64,000 nt of DNA from a virus. The position numbers were made by a program, and so were the translations under genes. Below are positions 19,240 through 29,131 of the stretch, piece by piece. Numbering within the stretch: the first letter of the stretch is position 1; each line of letters begins with the position of its first letter. Below the pieces are notes generated by a model, which worked only from the letters and a program-made list of their open reading frames with translations, was not told the DNA's origin and searched no databases. The stretch covers positions 1 through 64,000 of IMG/VR virus record IMGVR_UViG_3300022602_000036. One strand, written 5' to 3'.

Positions 19240-19484
19240 GCATACCTCATTAAAAATGCTGTTAGATCGTTTGGCGTACCAAAGCGTATATAATGTTTTT
19301 TGGCGTAATCCCCTCGCTTGTCTAATACAAGTTGATATTTGGCATTGTAGTCAGCTAACGCAGTATTGACATGATCCCATGTATAATATTGACCGTGTTC
19401 AGCAATAACAGTTAATATAAAGTTATTCCAAACTTTAGTAGCTTCAATGTTGTCTTTAAGGTTTAAGTATAAATTTTCAGCCAT
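19236..19484 (-). CDS. Small FxLRW-family protein
   Basis: C-terminus FGTPNDLTAFLMRYA. Confidence 0.75.
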   Translation of the reverse strand: MAENLYLNLKDNIEATKVWNNFILTVIAEHGQYYTWDHVNTALADYNAKYQLVLDKRGDYAKKHYIRFGTPNDLTAFLMRYA

Positions 19485-19720
19485 TATGCCCACCTCAATA
19501 AAAACGCTGTCAGTTGTTCTTTGGTTTCTAATGCTATGGTCATGCCTTCTTGATGCATACGACCTCTAGGCAAATTTTCATCCATCCAAGTGTATATTTC
19601 TGACTCATGGTTAAGCCAATACCTAATGTCAGCAATGACAATATAGTGGTAAGGCATTTCGTGATCAAATGGCCCACTAGCAATAAACTTACGCCCATTG
19701 CCTCCGTCTAATATACTCAT
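19484..19720 (-). CDS. Small FxLRW-family protein
   Basis: C-terminus LETKEQLTAFLLRWA. Confidence 0.75.
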   Translation of the reverse strand: MSILDGGNGRKFIASGPFDHEMPYHYIVIADIRYWLNHESEIYTWMDENLPRGRMHQEGMTIALETKEQLTAFLLRWA

Positions 19721-20853
19721 TTAGTAAAAACGTAAACGCCTTCCCATTTTTCACGACCTTTGGTTTTGTCATTGCCTACACCTGGGCGAGTGTTCAACAT
19801 CATCTTGATAGTGCGAGAATGTTTGAAGCCTAGTTTTTCAGCAGTAGCAATCCAGCGGTCAACTACCTTGTATTCTTTGTTGCCATAACTCTTATAGTCA
19901 GCGATGTTGGTGGCAAATACTCCATCACTGTTTAATCCTTTGTGAATATTTGACATAGTAGGCACTACATAACCATCAAACCATTCATCAAGTGTAGTAA
20001 ACTGATTCATACACTGTGTGGGTTCATCACTGTATTTTTCCAAGTTAAAATAAGGTGGACTACTAAATGCTAAGTCTATGTTCTCAGGAATGTATTCTTC
20101 ACTGACTGCCTGCGCAATTCTAGGACGACTGAATCCAGACTTTTCTATTAGGGTGGCTAGGTAAACTAGATACTTGACAGTTTCAGTGTTGGGATCTATA
20201 CACTCATAATCATGGCGCAGGTTGCCAGTGGCAATGCCCAACATACGACCACCATAGCCAGCTGAGTAGTCATAGACACGACCCCACAGCATATTACACA
20301 ACTCATAGCTGACTGCACGAGCATTTAAGGGTTTGAAGTTCTGTATGTTCTCTCCTGTGACCAACTCAAGAGCTCTACGTAGTGCGGTAGGACTAACAAG
20401 ATTATTACCATCCCTGTGCTCAAAACAAAGCCTAATGGCCCGCTCAAGTTTTCTATCATCATAAAAACGATCCTTTAAACTGTTACTGCCACGACCTTTG
20501 GGTTCAGCTGTCATCATGTTAGGAAACAAGAAACGATTAACTGTCTGCCCACCATTGTTGCCTAGGCCTAACACACCTTTGTTAACTTGATTACCAGCGG
20601 TATTGGCCAGCTCTTTGATCTTGGCGATCAACCCCTGTTCAGTGAAGTAAACAATAGGTGTGATGTTTACACTGCGATAGATGTCAAATACTTCTTGTAA
20701 GCACACTTCAGGTTCTTGACTATAACGTTCTTTGGTGTAGGTTGCTAACTGTTCGTAGTGCGCTTCATAACAGGTAAATTCACCCAGGTCACTTAAGTTA
20801 GCTAGGGTAGCATATTGTTCAACACCCCAGGTTTTATGTAGTTGATTAATCAA
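19717..20853 (-). CDS. Amino (N4-C/N6-A) DNA methyltransferase
   Basis: YDYSAGYGGR SAM-binding motif and DLAFSSPPYF catalytic motif. Confidence 0.85.
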   Translation of the reverse strand: MINQLHKTWGVEQYATLANLSDLGEFTCYEAHYEQLATYTKERYSQEPEVCLQEVFDIYRSVNITPIVYFTEQGLIAKIKELANTAGNQVNKGVLGLGNNGGQTVNRFLFPNMMTAEPKGRGSNSLKDRFYDDRKLERAIRLCFEHRDGNNLVSPTALRRALELVTGENIQNFKPLNARAVSYELCNMLWGRVYDYSAGYGGRMLGIATGNLRHDYECIDPNTETVKYLVYLATLIEKSGFSRPRIAQAVSEEYIPENIDLAFSSPPYFNLEKYSDEPTQCMNQFTTLDEWFDGYVVPTMSNIHKGLNSDGVFATNIADYKSYGNKEYKVVDRWIATAEKLGFKHSRTIKMMLNTRPGVGNDKTKGREKWEGVYVFTK

Positions 20854-20866
20854 TCTTTGCTCTTTC

Positions 20867-21184
20867 TCAATCTGTATTTTTGTCTGAATCTAGTAGTTTC
20901 TGCCACAGTTGCATAGGATATTTTAAATAAAAATAAGTTAAAAATCGCTCAAGTTCACTGTGGCTAGTCCAATGCCAAGTATCGTAACTCATGCGTTTGA
21001 CCCCCACACGACCTTCTAGTTCTTCTACTACATAGTCTATGATCTGTGTCCAACCTATAACACCCTCATCATCACCAAAGACCTTTTGGTTATAGCGTTC
21101 TTTAACAACCCCGGCAGGCAAGCTGATAAAGCCCTGTTCAGCTGTCATAGCCCAACATTTAGGTTTTTTGGTTATAGTAAACAT
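20867..21184 (-). CDS. Hypothetical protein with FxLKY motif
   Basis: ERFLTYFYLKYP; promoter directly upstream. Confidence 0.7.
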   Translation of the reverse strand: MFTITKKPKCWAMTAEQGFISLPAGVVKERYNQKVFGDDEGVIGWTQIIDYVVEELEGRVGVKRMSYDTWHWTSHSELERFLTYFYLKYPMQLWQKLLDSDKNTD

Positions 21185-21190
21185 ACAAGT

Positions 21191-21219
21191 ATTATACAGT
21201 ATTTAAGATAAAAAAGCAA
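21191..21219 (-). promoter_or_regulatory. Sigma70-type promoter for the minus-strand small-gene operon (leaderless first gene)
   Basis: TTGCTT-17-TATAAT-6nt-ATG 21184. Confidence 0.7.
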
Positions 21220-21232
21220 GTCAAAATTCCAC

Positions 21233-21261
21233 TTGACTCTTGGATATTTTGAGTGTATAAT
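21233..21261 (+). promoter_or_regulatory. Divergent sigma70-type promoter
   Basis: TTGACT-17-TATAAT. Confidence 0.75.
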
Positions 21262-21293
21262 GTTACACATGAACAATAAAAAAGGAACCACAG

Positions 21294-21503
21294 ATGATTT
21301 TTTCATTAGACCATTTATTTCCTAAACGCAGGTTTGATCCCGCTAATCGTGACGACCTACTGGCTTATAAAAAGTATATGACCACAGGTGCTTGGGGCAA
21401 GGGCGGATGTCCATTTAAACTTGAACAGGGCTGGACTAGTATTCCGCAGATGTGTACAGTTAAACTAGCTACTTGGGCAGTTAAAAACGCTATTAAACGA
21501 TGA
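21294..21503 (+). CDS. Hypothetical protein
   Basis: AAGGA RBS; W..GCPF.LE motif. Confidence 0.7.
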   Translation: MIFSLDHLFPKRRFDPANRDDLLAYKKYMTTGAWGKGGCPFKLEQGWTSIPQMCTVKLATWAVKNAIKR

Positions 21504-21736
21504 AAGCTGTGGTATTTGAATCTGAATACTGGCACAAGAAGTTGTGGCCCCGCATCATTGAAGAAAATGGTGCGGCTGTGCGTATATCCTGGGTGTGTCG
21601 TCAACGCCTAGGATTTACAGTACGTGAACATACTTGGTATGAAGATGTAGATGGATTCCTAGATAGATTCACTGATATTCGTTTGGATTTCTACGACGAA
21701 TCTTTGCGCACTATGTTCTTACTCAAATACAAATAA
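21500..21736 (+). CDS. Small FxLRW-family protein
   Basis: C-terminus FYDESLRTMFLLKYK. Confidence 0.7.
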   Translation: MKAVVFESEYWHKKLWPRIIEENGAAVRISWVCRQRLGFTVREHTWYEDVDGFLDRFTDIRLDFYDESLRTMFLLKYK

Positions 21737-21751
21737 TTCCATAAATACTGT

Positions 21752-22033
21752 ATGGCTTCATACAGTATTCCAGTAAATAATTCCACTAGTACCACCACTG
21801 CTACTACACTACCACGTAGTACAGTGCAGGTTTTTGCTAACGTACCTGTCTACTACACCGTAGGCAGTGACACACCTGTGGCCACAGATCGTTGCGCAGT
21901 CATAGCCGCAAATCAAACTCTTACCCTACGCTTACCAGTTAAATGCCTACGAATAGCATTCCTAGCAGTAGACGCACCAGGATTTGCTACTATTGTAGAA
22001 ATAAATGGAACCAAAGCTAGCTGTTCTGCATAA
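21752..22033 (+). CDS. Small beta-rich protein, probably virion (paralog of next gene)
   Basis: Follows ATAAATA; ST.V.V.AN..V...VG pattern shared with 22063. Confidence 0.7.
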   Translation: MASYSIPVNNSTSTTTATTLPRSTVQVFANVPVYYTVGSDTPVATDRCAVIAANQTLTLRLPVKCLRIAFLAVDAPGFATIVEINGTKASCSA

Positions 22034-22062
22034 ATATAGTTATTAGATATTAGGAAAACATT

Positions 22063-22410
22063 ATGGCAGTTCAAACCATTACCTGGAACGTTGTAGCAAA
22101 CACAGCACAGGCCACCACAGCCCAAGCATTAACCAGCACCAAAGTTAAGGTAGCAGCCAACAACCACGTTTGGGTAGGTGTAGGCAACGTTAGCACAGTT
22201 AGAGCTAACAATGTCAGTAGCTTTATTATCCCACCAAACGTTATTACCACAGTAGACTGCGGCCCAGCTAATTTGTCTATTGATGCTAACAACAAGAATG
22301 TTATCAGTACTACAGGTCCATTTATCAGCTTCTTATCAGCAGGTCCTGGTCCAGCGGCAGTGTCATTCACTGAAATTGGTACTGTAAACTTTAACAACGT
22401 ACAGAGTTAA
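22063..22410 (+). CDS. Small beta-rich protein, probably virion
   Basis: Follows ATAAATA; AGGA RBS. Confidence 0.7.
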   Translation: MAVQTITWNVVANTAQATTAQALTSTKVKVAANNHVWVGVGNVSTVRANNVSSFIIPPNVITTVDCGPANLSIDANNKNVISTTGPFISFLSAGPGPAAVSFTEIGTVNFNNVQS

Positions 22411-22412
22411 TT

Positions 22413-22760
22413 ATGAAAACAGCAGAAATCCTACGTAAACTAGCAGACGTTATTGATCAACACGAAGGCGGTGCAGAACATCGTCCAGAAAATTCAATGC
22501 CACACGCTGATTTAACTCCGGTTGAAGTTGATCACACTGATGGTACAGAACCAGCAGCAATGGTTCCGCCCTTACAACAAAAACTAGAATTACTTAAACA
22601 GGCAGTACATAGTGATGATGAGGTATGCACAGTCTGTGGTGGTTGCCCATGCGAATGCAGTGATGAACCTGAAGACGAATTATCATTTATTAAACGTGCA
22701 GCTGGCGTTCCAGTTGCAGTCATTGACGCCGTAGCTGAAGATAACGACATAGGAGACTAG
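22413..22760 (+). CDS. Acidic hypothetical protein with CxxCxxxPCxC motif
   Basis: MVPPLQQKLELLK and CTVCGGCPCEC. Confidence 0.7.
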   Translation: MKTAEILRKLADVIDQHEGGAEHRPENSMPHADLTPVEVDHTDGTEPAAMVPPLQQKLELLKQAVHSDDEVCTVCGGCPCECSDEPEDELSFIKRAAGVPVAVIDAVAEDNDIGD

Positions 22761-22764
22761 TTCT

Positions 22765-24600
22765 ATGTCAACTAATGCGGTAAAAGTTAGTTCAGGGTTT
22801 ACCCAATACCCATTTACTACTCATATAGGCGAAGCAGGCCGACTATTCTATAATGCAGCCACTGGCGAACTACGCATCAGTAACGGTGTTACTCCAGGCG
22901 GTTTGCCAGTTTATACCGCAGTAGGCGCAGCCAACATTGGTAATCTGGTAATTACCAACACTACTATTAGTACCTATTCTGCCAATGCCAACATCAGTAT
23001 ACAGACCAATGGCACCGGCGTTATCAATCTGGTAGGCAACATTGGATTTTTTACCACAGCAACAGGTCCAGTCGGAACTCCGCTACTATCAGTAGACAAT
23101 CTGGGCAATCTTGTAGTCAATGGTAAATTGGTAGTTAATGGACAGAGTTACTTTATTGGCAATGAAACTAATTTTGGTAACATAGTAGTCAATGGTGTCA
23201 CAACATTTAACGGTGCTACTATCATCAACGGTGATACTACTCGTAATGGCAACACTTATCAGACTGGTAATGTAAACATCACTGGTAATTCAGTTAACAG
23301 CGGCACCAGCACATTTAACGGTAATACTATATTCAATGGTAATGCTTATCACACAGGATTCACATCATTTGTTGGCGATGTAGCACACATAGGTAACATT
23401 GTCATCACAGGCCAAACAACCAACAATGGTCTAAGCATATTCAACGGCGACCTAACTATTGCTGGTAATGCGCACTTAGTTGGTAACACCAGCATAACTG
23501 GTAACACTCTAGTAACTGGATTCACAACAGTAGCAGGCAATACTCTGGTTACAGGTAATACTGTAGTAGTAGGAACTGCGACTCTAACTGGTAATAGTTA
23601 TATAGCTGGCAATACCTTTGTTACAGGAACTACGACTGTAGTTGGTAATACCTATGTAACTGGACAGGTTACAACTATTACTGGTAACACTTACCTACAA
23701 GGCAACAGTTTTGTCACTGGCACTATATCAATCACTGGTAATAGTTTTCAAACTGGTCTAGCAACATACATAGTATCAACAGTAAATACCACACAAGGTG
23801 CGGTGGAAATTACTGGTGATAGTAGTGGCTTATACCAAGCACCAATTAACCCTGGTGTGATGTTACAGGTTACTGGACAATATAATCTTCCTGGTCGAGT
23901 TTACAACGACGGACAAAATAATTATGCAGTATACGTAGGTCGTAGATACAACGGCAATATTATAGTTCCCACACAGGTATTAAACAATCAAGATGTGGCT
24001 CGTTATGGTGCCACAGCCTACACATCAGGTGGTTGGTTTGGTAACGGTATTGCTAGAATAAGCATAGTAGCTAACGAAGATCAAACCTTGACTAACCAAG
24101 GTGGTCGTATTGATTTTTGGGTAACACCAAACGGCAGTAATTCTAGCGGCATCACTAGTGTAGTATCTGTAACTTCTAGTCAAATGACAGTTAATGCCAA
24201 CATAGCCATTGGTGCAAACAGCACACTTACAACTCCACGTGTGGTTATTAACGATGGTGGCCTACGCATTATTAATGGTGGTATTTGGGCCAATGTGAGC
24301 TTTGCTTCAGACAGTATGGTATTAGCATACCATCCCACTGGAGCAGGTACTGTGCCATTTACAGTTAACCTAAGCAATTACACCGCTGGTGCTACAGTTA
24401 GAGTACAGATTAGACTAGACAATACCAGCCGTGATATCAATTATGGTGTGTCCACAGGTGAAAACAGCAGTACAGCCGCTACCAGTTACAACGGTAATGG
24501 TATAGGGTCAACTGACATTAGTAACAGTACTATACAACTGCTCTATACCTGCTATGATGGCACAGCGGCTAATACCTACGTGGCTGTAACTACACTTTAA
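22765..24600 (+). CDS. Fibre/spike protein with long G-N-x-x-x-x hexapeptide beta-repeat
   Basis: GRLFYN..LRISNGVTPGG N-terminus; repeats such as GNTLVT GFTTVA GNTLVT GNTVVV. Confidence 0.75.
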   Translation: MSTNAVKVSSGFTQYPFTTHIGEAGRLFYNAATGELRISNGVTPGGLPVYTAVGAANIGNLVITNTTISTYSANANISIQTNGTGVINLVGNIGFFTTATGPVGTPLLSVDNLGNLVVNGKLVVNGQSYFIGNETNFGNIVVNGVTTFNGATIINGDTTRNGNTYQTGNVNITGNSVNSGTSTFNGNTIFNGNAYHTGFTSFVGDVAHIGNIVITGQTTNNGLSIFNGDLTIAGNAHLVGNTSITGNTLVTGFTTVAGNTLVTGNTVVVGTATLTGNSYIAGNTFVTGTTTVVGNTYVTGQVTTITGNTYLQGNSFVTGTISITGNSFQTGLATYIVSTVNTTQGAVEITGDSSGLYQAPINPGVMLQVTGQYNLPGRVYNDGQNNYAVYVGRRYNGNIIVPTQVLNNQDVARYGATAYTSGGWFGNGIARISIVANEDQTLTNQGGRIDFWVTPNGSNSSGITSVVSVTSSQMTVNANIAIGANSTLTTPRVVINDGGLRIINGGIWANVSFASDSMVLAYHPTGAGTVPFTVNLSNYTAGATVRVQIRLDNTSRDINYGVSTGENSSTAATSYNGNGIGSTDISNSTIQLLYTCYDGTAANTYVAVTTL

Positions 24601-24667
24601 CCAAAACTCTTGACATTCAATTATCTTTTATTATAACATATAGATAACATTCTATAAATATTTAACT

Positions 24668-26341
24668 ATGATATTTGGATTATTCACCCTAGCAGTAGCA
24701 ATATTCATATCTGGTGTTAGTGCCTTTTATTCTGTAACAGGTTTAACAGCAATATTCGCCGCGGCATTTTGGCCTATAGTTATCATGGGCGGCGCATTAG
24801 AGTTGGGAAAAATTACCGCAACTGTCTGGTTACACAAATACTGGAATAGGGCAGGATGGCAATTCAAAACTTATCTAGTGCCTGCTATCGTCATCTTAAT
24901 GTTAATCACAAGCATGGGTACGTTTGGGTATCTTTCGGCCGCTCACTTATCGCAATCAACAGCAAATGAAGATATTTCATCACAAGTTTCTCTATTAGAT
25001 GAAAAGATTAAAACGGAACAAGATAATATTGCTACTAGCAAACAAGCCCTCAAACAAATGGATGCCCAAGTAGATCAACTACTAGGACGCACAGACGATG
25101 ACAAGGGTGCTAATCGTGCTGTTCAAGTACGCAAGCAACAAGCTAAGGAACGCAAATCATTACAAGCAGATATTAGTATAGCACAGAAAAATATTAGCAC
25201 ACTACAAGCAGAACGTGCGCCTATTGCGGCCAAAAGTCGTGTTGCTGAAAGCCACATAGGACCAATTAAGTACATAGCCGCACTGATCTACGGTGACAAT
25301 CCCAATGCTGATCTATTAGAGCGTGCTGTGCGTTGGGTAATCATCTTACTAGTATTTGTATTTGATCCCCTAGCACTTATATTAATCTTGGCCGCAGAAC
25401 AAACTATTGCCTGGGCTCGAGATGACAAAGAAAAACGCAAGGGCTGGCATCAAGAGTGGGTACCCGACACAGAAGCATGGCCTGAGTGGGACGATGAAAT
25501 CACTGAAGAGCAAATAGAGGCTATCAAACAAGAAGCCAACGTAGACAATGACATTGAAATGACGTCGTTCTTTGATGAAGGTAAGGAACTAGCTAAAGAA
25601 ATAGATGCCAATAATGGATATCTAAACAAACCATGGGCATGGCCAAGTGCTTCTGGTAATGTAGGCTTAGTTGCTAAAGAGCCTTTATTCATTAGTCGTA
25701 TTGCTGTGCCGGAATCAAACCCAGACGTAGTTGTTACACTACCTGAAGAGCCTGCTGAAATAAAAAAGCCAGAACCTGAACTCAACGGCATTGCCGCTGA
25801 AGATTTCATTGATTTTATCACTGCTAACACTGTAGTAGCAGAAAATCCAGAACCAGTTGCAAGTATACCTGTGGCCACAGTAGAAGAAGTTGCAGTACCT
25901 GCTAGACCAAAACCACAACAACGTACTCTATTCCATCATCATTTGGCTAACACAGTTGAAGAACCAGAGGTAGTACACCATCCAGATAAGTTTGATCCAG
26001 AACCTATTATCAAACCTAGATCTGTGGATATTCCTAGTTTTGCTATCAGTGAAGCAGACAATAATCCAGTGGATGCTGGATTTGGTACAGAGTTTCCACC
26101 AAATCCAAACAAAGGTGATATGTTTCTACGTGTAGACATGTTGCCCAGCAAGCTGTTCAAGTGGAATGAAAAGAAGTGGATAGAAGTAGATAAAACCAAG
26201 ACTGACAGTTTTGCCTACGACGCCGCATATATACAACATCTAATCGAGAAGATTGACAGCGGAGAGTATGATGTGGACATGTTGTCCGTCGCTGAACAAG
26301 AGCAAATTTCAAGGTACTTAAACAATGACAAACCCAACTGA
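24668..26341 (+). CDS. Membrane protein with coiled coil and acidic Pro-rich tail
   Basis: N-terminal TM helices, heptads, VFVFDPLA, C-terminal FPPNPNKGDMFLRVD domain. Confidence 0.75.
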   Translation: MIFGLFTLAVAIFISGVSAFYSVTGLTAIFAAAFWPIVIMGGALELGKITATVWLHKYWNRAGWQFKTYLVPAIVILMLITSMGTFGYLSAAHLSQSTANEDISSQVSLLDEKIKTEQDNIATSKQALKQMDAQVDQLLGRTDDDKGANRAVQVRKQQAKERKSLQADISIAQKNISTLQAERAPIAAKSRVAESHIGPIKYIAALIYGDNPNADLLERAVRWVIILLVFVFDPLALILILAAEQTIAWARDDKEKRKGWHQEWVPDTEAWPEWDDEITEEQIEAIKQEANVDNDIEMTSFFDEGKELAKEIDANNGYLNKPWAWPSASGNVGLVAKEPLFISRIAVPESNPDVVVTLPEEPAEIKKPEPELNGIAAEDFIDFITANTVVAENPEPVASIPVATVEEVAVPARPKPQQRTLFHHHLANTVEEPEVVHHPDKFDPEPIIKPRSVDIPSFAISEADNNPVDAGFGTEFPPNPNKGDMFLRVDMLPSKLFKWNEKKWIEVDKTKTDSFAYDAAYIQHLIEKIDSGEYDVDMLSVAEQEQISRYLNNDKPN

Positions 26342-26663
26342 AAGTAGATTCATCACACACCCAACAGTTTTAGAAAAAAGCACCACAAGTCACACAGTAG
26401 TCTTAGTTGATCCATACGAATTAGAAACCAAAGTTCTTACTATATTTTTACAATCTTGTTCACTTAACTTTGATGTGTACTTCTACACAGGCGAAACTGG
26501 TGATTTAGAGTATCTAAGTGAAATTACCAAAAATGCTGATGCAGTGCTGATCAACACAGTCAGTGAAGTTTCAGTAGTCCCAGATGGTCAACGCTATGGT
26601 CCAGATCTAGACCTAAAGAGTTGTATAGACTATTTCCGTCGCTATGCTGCTCAAAATAGTTGA
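26325..26663 (+). CDS. Hypothetical protein
   Basis: 112-aa ORF overlapping upstream gene. Confidence 0.65.
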   Translation: MTNPTESRFITHPTVLEKSTTSHTVVLVDPYELETKVLTIFLQSCSLNFDVYFYTGETGDLEYLSEITKNADAVLINTVSEVSVVPDGQRYGPDLDLKSCIDYFRRYAAQNS

Positions 26664-26689
26664 CACTCCAGATAAATCCCTGTTATAAT
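26660..26689 (+). promoter_or_regulatory. Sigma70-type promoter upstream of rpsU
   Basis: TTGACA-18-TATAAT with TGn extension. Confidence 0.7.
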
Positions 26690-26731
26690 GCTAGTATTGG
26701 TAAATAATATACTAATATAATAAAGGATTTT

Positions 26732-26965
26732 ATGCCATACGAAAACCCACTTAAAGGCAGTACTGTTTACGTTAAGAATGATAACGTAGAAGCGGCCATG
26801 CGCAAGTTCAAAAAGAAAATGATGGACAGCGGCCTGCTACAAGAACTACGTGATCGTGAATTTTATGAAAAGCCCACAGCTACTCGTAAGAAAAAAGCGT
26901 CGGCAGCTAAAAACCGTTGGAAAAAGAAAATTTCCAGCCAAGAGTTGCCCAAAAAATTATATTAG
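26732..26965 (+). CDS. rpsU: Ribosomal protein bS21
   Basis: [11 protein letters not shown]...[16 protein letters not shown]. Confidence 0.93.
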   Translation: MPYENPLKGSTVYVKNDNVEAAMRKFKKKMMDSGLLQELRDREFYEKPTATRKKKASAAKNRWKKKISSQELPKKLY

Positions 26966-27058
26966 TATATAATAACTAATACAAGAAATAAATAATTATA
27001 CAACCGCTGATTTATACTTAATTGCAGGCGGCTAAACTTGCTAAAGGAGGATGGCAGA

Positions 27059-27121
27059 ATGAATAATTCTGATACAGAAGTGGGAGGCTTTGGCTTCCCA
27101 ACATACGGTAGACTGCTCTGA
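27059..27121 (+). CDS. Possible 20-aa upstream ORF (MNNSDTEVGGFGFPTYGRLL)
   Basis: AAAGGAGG at 27043-27050, 8 nt before the ATG. Confidence 0.35.
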   Translation: MNNSDTEVGGFGFPTYGRLL

Positions 27122-27165
27122 TGAGGGTTTACATTTTAGATCTTGCTTAATAAAGGAGAAACTAT
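27108..27165 (+). promoter_or_regulatory. ROSE-like RNA thermometer in the dnaK 5' UTR
   Basis: TCTTGCT 27141-47 pairs with SD AGGAGA 27154-59 leaving a bulged G; upstream hairpin GTAGAC/GTTTAC. Confidence 0.6.
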
Positions 27166-29088
27166 ATGTCTAAGATCATTGGTATTGACCTCGGCACCAC
27201 TAACTCATGTGTGGCCATTCTTGAAAACAACAAACCAAAAGTAATTGAAAATAACGAAGGTGCTCGTACTACACCTAGTATCGTTGCCTACGGCGATGAG
27301 ATCGTAGTTGGTGCACCAGCTAAACGTCAAGCAGTTACAAATCCAAAGAAAACAGTCTATGCGGCTAAACGCTTAATTGGTCGTAAGTTTGACGAAAAAG
27401 AAGTACAAAAAGACATTGACCTAATGCCATACAAAATTGTTAAAAACAAAAATGGTGATGCATGGGTTAAGATTGATGATCAAGAACTAGCACCACCACA
27501 GATTTCAGCTGAAGTCTTACGCAAAATGAAAAAGACCGCTGAAGACTATCTTGGACATGAAGTAACACAGGCAGTTATTACTGTTCCTGCTTACTTTAAT
27601 GACAGCCAACGTCAAGCAACTAAAGATGCAGGTACTATTGCAGGCCTAGAAGTCTTACGTATTATCAATGAGCCAACAGCGGCTGCACTAGCGTTTGGTA
27701 TGGATAAAGATTCTAAGAAAGATCGTAAGATTGCTGTATACGATCTAGGTGGTGGTACATTTGACGTATCAATCATTGAAATTGTAGATGTTGATGGCGA
27801 AAAACAATTTGAAGTACTAGCTACCAATGGTGACACATTCCTAGGCGGTGAAGACTTTGACCAACGTCTAATGAACTACTTAATTGATGAATTCTTAAAA
27901 GAGTCAGGCGTTGACCTGTCAAAAGATGTTCTAGCTCTACAACGCCTAAAAGAATCAGCAGAAAAAGCTAAAATTGAACTATCAAGCAGCCAACAAACCA
28001 CAGTAAACTTACCGTACGTTACTGCTGATGCCACTGGTCCTAAACACTTAAACGTAACTATTACACGTGCTAAGTTTGAAGGCCTAGTAGAAGATTTGAT
28101 CAAACGTGCTAGCGAGCCATGTAAGGTAGCATTGAAAGATGCAGGTGTAAGTGCCAGCGACATTGATGATGTTATCTTAGTTGGTGGCCAAACACGCATG
28201 CCTAAGGTACAGGAATCAGTTAAAGAGATCTTTGGACGTGATCCACGCAAAGACGTTAACCCAGACGAAGCTGTAGCAGTTGGTGCGGCTATCCAAGGTG
28301 CTGTTCTAGCAGGTGATAAAACAGACGTGTTATTGTTAGACGTTACTCCGTTGAGCCTAGGTATTGAAACAGTTGGCGGTGTTATGACTAAACTGATTAA
28401 AAAGAATACAACTATTCCTACTAAAGTTAGTCAAACATTCTCAACAGCAGAAGACAACCAACCAGCAGTTACAGTAGCTATTGGACAAGGTGAACGTGAG
28501 TTTATCAAGGACAACAAGAAACTAGGTGAATTTAACCTAGAAGGTATTGCTCCTGCTCCACGTGGCGTGCCAGCAATTGAAATTACACTTGACATTGATG
28601 CTAACGGTATCTTGAAAGTAAGTGCCAAAGATAAAAACACTGGCAAAGAAAACAAGATCACTATCAAAGCTAACTCAGGCTTAACTGAAGAAGAAATTGA
28701 AAAGATGATTCAAGAAGCTGAAGCTAACAAAGATGCTGACGTTAAAGCTCGTGCTGTAGTTGATGCTAAAAACCGTGCTGATGAACAAGTACACGGTATT
28801 AACAAAGCATTAAAAGAACACGGTGACAAGTTAGATGATGGCATGAAAGAAAAAATTGAATCAGCACTAAAAGATCTTGAAACAGCCAAAGCTACAGAAG
28901 ATGCTGACAAGATCATGGAAGCTATCTCAGCACTAGCTGAGCCAGTTAAACCATTGTTTGATATTATGCAACAGGCTGAAGTAGCTAAACAAGCTGAAGT
29001 TCAACCTGGTGCACAACCCAATTCAGAGAAACCAGTAGAAGGTGAAGTAGTAGATGCTGAGTTCACTGAAGTTAAAAAGGATGCCTAA
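27166..29088 (+). CDS. dnaK: Hsp70 chaperone DnaK
   Basis: [27 protein letters not shown]; full length. Confidence 0.98.
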   Translation: MSKIIGIDLGTTNSCVAILENNKPKVIENNEGARTTPSIVAYGDEIVVGAPAKRQAVTNPKKTVYAAKRLIGRKFDEKEVQKDIDLMPYKIVKNKNGDAWVKIDDQELAPPQISAEVLRKMKKTAEDYLGHEVTQAVITVPAYFNDSQRQATKDAGTIAGLEVLRIINEPTAAALAFGMDKDSKKDRKIAVYDLGGGTFDVSIIEIVDVDGEKQFEVLATNGDTFLGGEDFDQRLMNYLIDEFLKESGVDLSKDVLALQRLKESAEKAKIELSSSQQTTVNLPYVTADATGPKHLNVTITRAKFEGLVEDLIKRASEPCKVALKDAGVSASDIDDVILVGGQTRMPKVQESVKEIFGRDPRKDVNPDEAVAVGAAIQGAVLAGDKTDVLLLDVTPLSLGIETVGGVMTKLIKKNTTIPTKVSQTFSTAEDNQPAVTVAIGQGEREFIKDNKKLGEFNLEGIAPAPRGVPAIEITLDIDANGILKVSAKDKNTGKENKITIKANSGLTEEEIEKMIQEAEANKDADVKARAVVDAKNRADEQVHGINKALKEHGDKLDDGMKEKIESALKDLETAKATEDADKIMEAISALAEPVKPLFDIMQQAEVAKQAEVQPGAQPNSEKPVEGEVVDAEFTEVKKDA

Positions 29089-29131
29089 GGGGTCCTTTAA
29101 TTAATCTTGCTTAATATAAGGAGAATAAGCT
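29076..29131 (+). promoter_or_regulatory. ROSE-like RNA thermometer in the hsp20 5' UTR
   Basis: TCTTGCT 29105-11 opposite AGGAGA 29119-24; upstream hairpin AAAGGAT/GTCCTTT. Confidence 0.65.

Noticed and set aside
27118-27125. Hammerhead ribozyme core CTGATGAG
   Set aside because: No correctly placed stem II-GAAA and cleavage triplet; better explained as the CTC-tgat-GAG tip of a leader hairpin
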